Shown here piece after piece: positions 1 through 5,275 of a stretch of DNA of 5,275 nucleotides. Location: the IMG/VR virus record IMGVR_UViG_2534682227_000016, one strand, 5' to 3'. The translations under genes and the position numbers were made by a program. Source of the DNA: a virus. Taxonomy: Duplodnaviria > Heunggongvirae > Uroviricota > Caudoviricetes. The notes below the pieces were generated by a model. It worked only from the letters and a program-made list of their open reading frames with translations. It was not told the DNA's origin and made no database searches. Numbering within the stretch: position 1 is the stretch's first letter; every line of letters starts with the position of its first letter.

Positions 1-2
1 CG

Positions 3-359
3 GCAAAACGGGATGTGGGGACAGGGGAAAATCAGATACCGGACATGGCCTCTTTTGCCAGTGGTAATGGATGGATGAAATTACCCAACGGGAAAATCCT
101 GCAATATGGTCGTGGTGCGGTTACGCCGACATTATCGACGCAAACAATGAGAATTACATTCAGCATCCCTTTCCCCAAAAAAGCGGACTGCGCCATGCTT
201 ACTCATTCTGGTGATGGCGGTGCGCCTTTAGGCGCTGGGCGAGGGTTCGTGATGACTGCAGAAGGCCCAACGTTAACCGGCTTTAATTCTGCTTACAGAA
301 CGTCATCAACCAGCGACACGGTATCGATGAATTACAGTTGGTGGGCTGTTGGTGAGTAA
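3..359 (+). CDS. Phage tail fibre protein, C-terminal variable (receptor-binding) segment; 5'-partial, reading frame open to the window edge
   Basis: The frame of ORF 15..359 has no stop back to position 3, so the gene enters from upstream. TAA stop at 357-359. A Tfa-type chaperone gene follows 20 nt downstream, the usual stf-tfa arrangement. Gly/Ser/Thr-rich composition is typical of fibre tips. Lies inside the Pin-invertible segment. Confidence 0.65.
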   Translation, partial: AKRDVGTGENQIPDMASFASGNGWMKLPNGKILQYGRGAVTPTLSTQTMRITFSIPFPKKADCAMLTHSGDGGAPLGAGRGFVMTAEGPTLTGFNSAYRTSSTSDTVSMNYSWWAVGE

Positions 360-379
360 TTTTATTCAGGGTGATTTAT

Positions 380-823
380 ATGGACGAATATGTTTATAGC
401 GCAAGGCATAATGCTTTTTTCCCTGTGGATATGATTGATAAATATAAATCAGAGGGATGGGATTTATCAGACGCTAAGGAAGTAAATCAAAATATTATCA
501 GTGAGTTTATGGCTGAACCGCCACAAGGAAAAATCCGTATTGCCGGAGATGATGGGCTGCCTGCGTGGGCAGATATTCCTCCACCCACGCATGAAGAGCT
601 TATTGAAATTACTGAATCAGAAAGACAGCTACTAATTAACCAGGCCAACGAATACATGAACAGTAAGCAATGGCCCGGTAAAGCGGCTATTGGTCGTCTG
701 AAAGGTGACGAACTGACGCAATATAATTTGTGGCTGGATTATCTGGACGCACTGGAGCTGGTCGATACTTCCGGTGCGCCAGATATTGAATGGCCTACGC
801 CTCCGGCAGTTCAGGCCAGATGA
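380..823 (+). CDS. Tail fibre assembly protein (Tfa chaperone family)
   Basis: ATG at 380 is preceded by AGGGTGA (366-374) with a 5-nt spacer; the ORF-track GTG at 371 is a less likely start. C-terminus ...DTSGAPDIEWPTPP matches the conserved Tfa C-terminal motif (DTS-x-APD-x-x-WP). Sits directly downstream of the tail-fibre cassette. Confidence 0.7.
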   Translation: MDEYVYSARHNAFFPVDMIDKYKSEGWDLSDAKEVNQNIISEFMAEPPQGKIRIAGDDGLPAWADIPPPTHEELIEITESERQLLINQANEYMNSKQWPGKAAIGRLKGDELTQYNLWLDYLDALELVDTSGAPDIEWPTPPAVQAR

Positions 824-1388
824 CATCCGGCGCGGTGCTGGTATCTGTTGCCGTCACCGCGTCAATGTAATCCAGCACGGCGTTAAGTCGGGTTGTTTCT
901 GCCTGAGTCAGTTTCCGTCCGGCCTGTAACTTCAGCTGAATCAGACTAATGGAAGCCATTGCTGCATCAATCAGTGATTGGCGCTGTGCTTCTGCCGCGT
1001 CTACTGCGGCACTGTGTTGTGCCTCAGTGTCTGTCACCCATTTCTCACCATCCCATTTATCGTATGGCGTTAACGGTGAAATCGTGACATAACCGTCTTT
1101 GATGGCACCGATATAATCCACTGTAACAGCTGCGCCATTTTCGATTGAGTAAACAGTCTCATTGCGATGGTCTTCTTCATGGCTCCATCCCTTACCTGTA
1201 AATACTGCCACTCTTCCCGGAATGTTTTCGCCAGGGTCAATACCAGTGGAACAGGCGGGCATACTTACGCCAGTATTAATATATTCATCAGACCAGCCCG
1301 TATACTCAGATGTTTCAGCATCATAATAAAAACAACGCATATCGCCCGGCACTGTAGCCAGCCCATTTTCATCAAAAACAGGTTTCAT
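795..1388 (-). CDS. Tail fibre assembly protein (Tfa family), partner of the opposed cassette
   Basis: 197 aa. ATG at 1388-1386 is preceded by GGTGAGGG with a 7-nt spacer. C-terminus ...DTSTAPDVIWPELPEA carries the same Tfa motif. Its start overlaps the stop of the upstream - strand fibre segment (TAATG, 1386-1390), suggesting translational coupling. 3' end overlaps the + strand tfa by 29 bp. Confidence 0.75.
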   Translation of the reverse strand: MKPVFDENGLATVPGDMRCFYYDAETSEYTGWSDEYINTGVSMPACSTGIDPGENIPGRVAVFTGKGWSHEEDHRNETVYSIENGAAVTVDYIGAIKDGYVTISPLTPYDKWDGEKWVTDTEAQHSAAVDAAEAQRQSLIDAAMASISLIQLKLQAGRKLTQAETTRLNAVLDYIDAVTATDTSTAPDVIWPELPEA

Positions 1389-1885
1389 TATTTAGCCCTC
1401 ACCAGAAAGTTAAATGCAATATTTCGCGGTCTGACTGCAACAAAATTCACACCATCACCCACAGAGTTACTGGTGAAATTAAATCGTGAAAATCCTGGCT
1501 GATTTCCGGCGATGCCATCATGAAAGTTAATTGCGTGTCCCGCACCTTCGCCTATATTCCCGGCAAACTGAGAAAAGTTTGTAGCTGCCTGCCAGCTTAA
1601 TAATTCGCGACCACCGTCTGCACCTCGCCCGTCATCCCAGATACGAATGAAATCACCGCGGGCTTCAGGTAATACCAGCGAAGGAAACACTTTCGCCAGC
1701 ACAGGATAATCAGTGGCAGAGAATTTCGCGCCGTTGAACTTCAAAAACACCATACAGGACCAGCTGTCGATTACAGTATTTGGCATTGCAGCGGACGGCC
1801 AGAAGAACGGAACGCCAATAGCTGGAGCACCTTCTCCCAAACCAACGTTTATGAAAATGCAGAAATAACGAGCAAATGGCATCAT
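1388..1885 (-). CDS. Alternative tail fibre C-terminal variable segment (silent, start-less cassette of the invertible segment)
   Basis: 165-aa ORF with Gly/Asn/Phe-rich fibre-tip composition, immediately followed by its own tfa. Its first ~18 codons span the crossover site at 1832-1857, so the real coding unit probably begins at the crossover and is only expressed after inversion fuses it to the constant 5' part upstream of the window. The M at 1885 is probably not a genuine start. Confidence 0.6.
   Translation of the reverse strand: MMPFARYFCIFINVGLGEGAPAIGVPFFWPSAAMPNTVIDSWSCMVFLKFNGAKFSATDYPVLAKVFPSLVLPEARGDFIRIWDDGRGADGGRELLSWQAATNFSQFAGNIGEGAGHAINFHDGIAGNQPGFSRFNFTSNSVGDGVNFVAVRPRNIAFNFLVRAK
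1832..1857. other. Site-specific inversion crossover site (pix/gix/hix type), right boundary of the invertible segment
   Basis: TTCTCCCAAACCAACGTTTATGAAAA is a 26-bp site with two imperfectly symmetric 12-bp halves around a central AA. It resembles the gix/hix sites as I recall them (TT-TCC-AAACC-..-GTTT-...-GAA). It lies ~55 bp upstream of pin, inside the 5' end of the - strand fibre cassette, as expected for a Gin/Pin system. Confidence 0.6.
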
Positions 1886-1911
1886 TCCTGCTTTTGTCAG
1901 GGAGATCTACC

Positions 1912-2466
1912 ATGCTTATTGGCTATGTACGTGTGTCAACAAATGACCAGAACACAGATCTACAACGTAATGCGCTGAACTGTGCAGGATGCGAGCTGAT
2001 TTTTGAAGACAAGATAAGCGGTACAAAGTCCGAAAGGCCGGGACTGAAAAAACTGCTCAGGACATTATCGGCAGGTGACACTCTGGTTGTCTGGAAACTG
2101 GATCGGCTGGGGCGCAGTATGCGGCATCTGGTCATTCTGGTTGAGGAGTTGCGCGAACGTGGCGTTAATTTTCGCAGCCTGACGGATGCTATTGATACCA
2201 GTACCCCAATGGGGCGCTTTTTCTTTCATGTGATGGGGGCCCTGGCTGAAATGGAACGAGAACTGATTGTTGAACGAACAAAAGCTGGACTGGAAGCTGC
2301 TCGCGCACAGGGACGAATTGGTGGACGTCGTCCCAAACTTACACCAGAACAATGGGCGCAGGCCGGACGATTAATTGCAGCAGGAATTCCTCGCCAGAAG
2401 GTAGCGATCATCTATGATGTTGGTGTATCGACACTGTATAAGAAGTTTCCGGCCGGAGATAAATGA
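1912..2466 (+). CDS. pin: Serine DNA invertase Pin (Hin/Gin/Cin/Pin family site-specific recombinase)
   Basis: 184 aa beginning MLIGYVRVSTNDQNTDLQRNAL..., with the catalytic Ser in RVSTNDQ and a C-terminal HTH (...GIPRQKVAIIYDVGVSTLYKKF). Near-identical to my recollection of e14 PinE. AGGGAG at 1899-1904 is 7 nt upstream of the ATG at 1912; the ORF-track start at 1876 is an in-frame upstream ATG without an SD. Confidence 0.95.
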   Translation: MLIGYVRVSTNDQNTDLQRNALNCAGCELIFEDKISGTKSERPGLKKLLRTLSAGDTLVVWKLDRLGRSMRHLVILVEELRERGVNFRSLTDAIDTSTPMGRFFFHVMGALAEMERELIVERTKAGLEAARAQGRIGGRRPKLTPEQWAQAGRLIAAGIPRQKVAIIYDVGVSTLYKKFPAGDK

Positions 2467-2469
2467 AAC

Positions 2470-2510
2470 CGTAGCACGTCGTATGCAAGATCGTGCTGCG
2501 GTTTATGCTT
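2470..2510 (+). terminator. Possible intrinsic terminator between convergent pin and the GIY-YIG gene
   Basis: Inverted repeat CGTAGCACG (2470-2478) / CGTGCTGCG (2492-2500) gives a ~9-bp stem (one G-T wobble) with a 13-nt loop, followed by GTTTATGCTT. The U-tract is weak. Confidence 0.25.
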
Positions 2511-2523
2511 ACCACTTGAAGAT

Positions 2524-3393
<870 letters not shown>

Positions 3394-3476
3394 CTAACCC
3401 TTTGAATTTACATAGCGCAAAAAGATACCTTTCCTCATAATGTGAGCTAATTTTATGTTTCGTTTGATGATCGGGT

Positions 3477-3538
3477 CGGTCTCGAAAACCGGAGTAGGGG
3501 CAACTCTACCGGGGGTTCAAATCCCCCTCTCTCCGCCA
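3477..3538 (+). other. 3' fragment (~62 nt) of a tRNA-Ser(CGA) gene; attachment-site (attR-type) scar, not an intact tRNA
   Basis: CGGTCTCGAAAACCGG (anticodon stem-loop, U33-CGA-A37), GAGTAGGGGCAACTCTAC (long class-II variable arm), GGGGGTTCAAATCCCCC (T-arm), TCTCTCC-G-CCA (3' acceptor strand and CCA). The D-arm and 5' acceptor strand are absent; identity to the tRNA begins at 3477. Matches my recollection of E. coli serU. Confidence 0.8.
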
Positions 3539-4120
3539 CTTTATCAATGACTTATCTCCCGACTTCCCGTCTTGCTTTTCCTAAACAGAACAATCGTAGA
3601 ATATTCTTGAAGGGTTAGATCGTCACTGTTTTCTGTTCGATACTGTGACATTCAGCACTTGATTCGCTATGGATCTGACAGGAAGGTTTTGAGCGAAAAT
3701 CTGCAGTTATTCAGTCGTTTTCTTATCGGTCACCATTATTCTTTTAGACATTGATCCTACAAAGCTGCCGCAAAGTTGGTGGTGGGAACTGAAGTTGCGT
3801 AGAGAAGGGGTCAATACCCGGAGGCAAACATGGGCTGGCAAAAGTGTAGCGGTATTAGGCGCAGCTATTTAGCCTAGTTATGTTTTATGAAAACTTGATA
3901 TCATATAAGTGTCTTACTTATTGGCTGTAAATAAGTTTTTCCTAAGGAATTGTTTCTTGAGTATCATTTGTAACTGTAACGGAATTTATAATCCTTTGCT
4001 TTATTGTTACGGTATTTTTTATCACACCCTATTTTTAGTGGTTTTTTATACTGAAGTTTGGCAAAGTGAACTTTATATACATATACTTCATCCTGGTTTC
4101 AGTTAAATTGGGGGGATGAT

Positions 4121-4864
4121 ATGGCAACTACATGTTCAGTTATATTGATTTTGGAGTCCTTTGATGTTTATTTCGGAAAAGAGAGTGTGTTTCTGGAGAG
4201 AGGTTCATCTGTACTTGTCGACTCTAGCTCTAGAGATTTTTTCCTGACATATCCTGAAAGAGTGATAGTGGCGGATTTTGGCGCTGAGTTTATTAGTCGC
4301 TATTTGAAAGCTAATAACTTAAGGGATATTTCTGATTGTAGGGAATATCCATCTTATTTAAAAATAAACTTTGCTGACTTCAGTTTAATTAAAGGATTAA
4401 TTAGTTGGGCTAATCACTGTGCTGAATACATAGAAATTTTTGATGAGTCTATTGCTTTTACATGTCTCTCTGCATTTTCTTCTGAAAAACAATTTGGAGT
4501 ATTTCTGTTTGGATGTTTGAAAAGCACAGGGGCTAAAGTTAAAACGATTATTCATACGGATTTATCTGCACCATGGCGTCTTAAGGATATATCATCAAGA
4601 TTATATCTCAGCGAAAGTTTACTAAAGAGGAAATTGAAAGAAGAGGGGGTATCATTCAGTAAGATCATACTTGATGAGAGGATGCAAATGGCTGAATATT
4701 TACTCAGCACTCGTTGTTATCCTATTAGTAAAGTAGCTAAGGTCTGTGGTTATGCCAGTGTCTCATACTTTACTTATGTATTTAGACGTTATTTTGGTGT
4801 TTCTCCAAGTCAATACTCTCAGAGGAGTTCAGAAAGTAAAATTCTTACTCACCAGGGAATCTGA
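4121..4864 (+). CDS. AraC/XylS-family transcriptional regulator (AppY/YdeO/EnvY-like)
   Basis: 247 aa. The C-terminal AraC-type double HTH (...WRLKDISSRLYLSESLLKRKLKEEGVSFSKIILDERMQMAEYLL...KVAKVCGYASVSYFTYVFRRYFGVSPSQY) closely parallels the YdeO/AppY pattern W.LKDI...Y.SESLLKK.LK.E...F..I.LD.RM..A..L...CGY.S.SYF...F...YG.(S/T)P. G-run SD at 4110-4115 is 5 nt before the ATG. Gene and upstream region are visibly AT-rich. Confidence 0.85.
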   Translation: MATTCSVILILESFDVYFGKESVFLERGSSVLVDSSSRDFFLTYPERVIVADFGAEFISRYLKANNLRDISDCREYPSYLKINFADFSLIKGLISWANHCAEYIEIFDESIAFTCLSAFSSEKQFGVFLFGCLKSTGAKVKTIIHTDLSAPWRLKDISSRLYLSESLLKRKLKEEGVSFSKIILDERMQMAEYLLSTRCYPISKVAKVCGYASVSYFTYVFRRYFGVSPSQYSQRSSESKILTHQGI

Positions 4865-4867
4865 TCA

Positions 4868-5275
4868 TTGTTCTTGCCCCCTTATTTCCAGACAGGGGGG
4901 GTATCTTAAGTTAACGTTACCCGCTGACGTCGATATTCTCGCGGAGAGCGATAACCCAACGCACTGTGCGGATGGTTTTCATTGTAATGTTCGATCGCCA
5001 CTGCAAGATTATGCAATGCCGTTCTTACATTCGGTTTCGGCATGAACGCGATGTAGTCTTCCTTCATCGTTTTCACGAACCTTTCTGCAATTCCATTACT
5101 CTGAGGACTGCTGATTGCCGTTGTGCAGGGCTCCAGATTCAACTCTCTGGCGAACTGCCGTGTTTCATGCGCTCTATACGCTGAACCGTTATCTGAACCG
5201 CCCCGGGTTTCCTGGAGAGTGTTTTATCTGTGAACTCAGGCTGCCAGATCATCGTTTCCGATGGAAGCATAATAA
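4868..5275 (-). mobile_element. IS3-family (IS2-like) insertion sequence, terminal ~400 bp; continues past the window end
   Basis: Terminal sequence TTGCCCCCTTATTTCCAGACA...TATCTTAAG... resembles the IS2 end as I recall it (TGGATTTGCCCCTATATTTCCAGACA...). The - strand encodes an IS2 OrfB-like C-terminus with the DDE-region motif SDNGS and ...[14 protein letters not shown].... The element boundary is approximate (4866-4870). Confidence 0.75.
4906..5223 (-). pseudogene. IS2-like transposase OrfB, C-terminal region; reading frame interrupted upstream
   Basis: The frame reading ...[50 protein letters not shown]...[22 protein letters not shown] is open from 5223 to the stop at 4906-4908 but hits an in-frame TAA at 5224-5226. 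The upstream transposase-like reading (...[16 protein letters not shown]...) is in the -1 frame, implying a 1-nt indel near the CCCCGGG run at 5201-5207. Cannot tell a real pseudogene from a sequencing or assembly error. Confidence 0.5.

Noticed and set aside
81-104. Possible left crossover site (TTACCCAACGGGAAAATCCTGCAA) inside the window.
   Set aside because: Poor match to the reverse complement of the 1832-1857 site and lacks the AAACC...GGTTT core symmetry. The left site is more likely upstream of the window.
632-826. 64-aa - strand ORF inside the + strand tfa.
   Set aside because: Fully embedded antisense to a well-supported gene, with Arg/Cys-rich low-complexity translation and no SD.
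1167-1502. 111-aa + strand ORF across the - strand tfa / fibre junction.
   Set aside because: Antisense to two well-supported genes, with no SD or homology signal; likely spurious.
1876-1911. ORF-track N-terminal extension of pin starting at ATG 1876 (196 aa).
   Set aside because: No Shine-Dalgarno sequence precedes it. The conserved invertase N-terminus MLIGYVRVST begins at 1912, which has a good AGGGAG SD 7 nt upstream.
1710-2411. Four - strand ORFs overlapping pin and the crossover region (1710..1913, 1923..2135, 2065..2352, 2226..2411).
   Set aside because: Antisense to the strongly supported pin gene, with low-complexity Ser/Arg/Pro-rich translations; typical shadow ORFs.
3477-3538. 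An intact tRNA gene.
   Set aside because: Sequence immediately upstream (3440-3476) cannot form the 5' acceptor strand or D-arm; only the 3' part from the anticodon stem onward is tRNA-like.
3909-4106. 65-aa + strand ORF upstream of the AraC-family gene.
   Set aside because: GTG start without SD, in very AT-rich DNA, with a Phe/Leu/Ile/Tyr-rich translation typical of AT-rich non-coding sequence.
4746-5184. Two + strand ORFs (4746..5045 and 4966..5184) spanning the AraC 3' end and the IS.
   Set aside because: They cross the IS boundary or run antisense to the IS2-like transposase frame, which carries the recognisable homology.

Overview
The window looks like the distal end of an e14-like prophage followed by its attachment-site scar and a neighbouring AT-rich islet. 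Left to right: (1) most of a Pin-type invertible tail-fibre segment, with a tail-fibre C-terminal cassette plus Tfa chaperone on the + strand and an opposed, start-less alternative cassette plus its own Tfa on the - strand, ending at a gix/hix-like crossover site at 1832-1857; (2) the serine DNA invertase gene pin (1912-2466); (3) a single convergent cargo gene (2524-3297, - strand) encoding a protein with a clear N-terminal GIY-YIG nuclease signature and an unrecognised C-terminal domain, sitting where e14 of E. coli K-12 carries the HNH restriction nuclease gene mcrA; (4) a 62-nt 3' fragment of a class-II tRNA-Ser (anticodon CGA) at 3477-3538, read as the attR scar; (5) a visibly AT-rich region with an AppY/YdeO-like AraC/XylS-family regulator (4121-4864); (6) the terminus of an IS2-like (IS3-family) insertion sequence starting 2-5 bp after that gene's stop codon, with an apparently interrupted transposase frame. 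The best candidate for an undescribed function is the GIY-YIG protein, possibly a stand-alone restriction-like or defence nuclease. All family assignments are from reading the sequence and recalled family knowledge; no database search was run.
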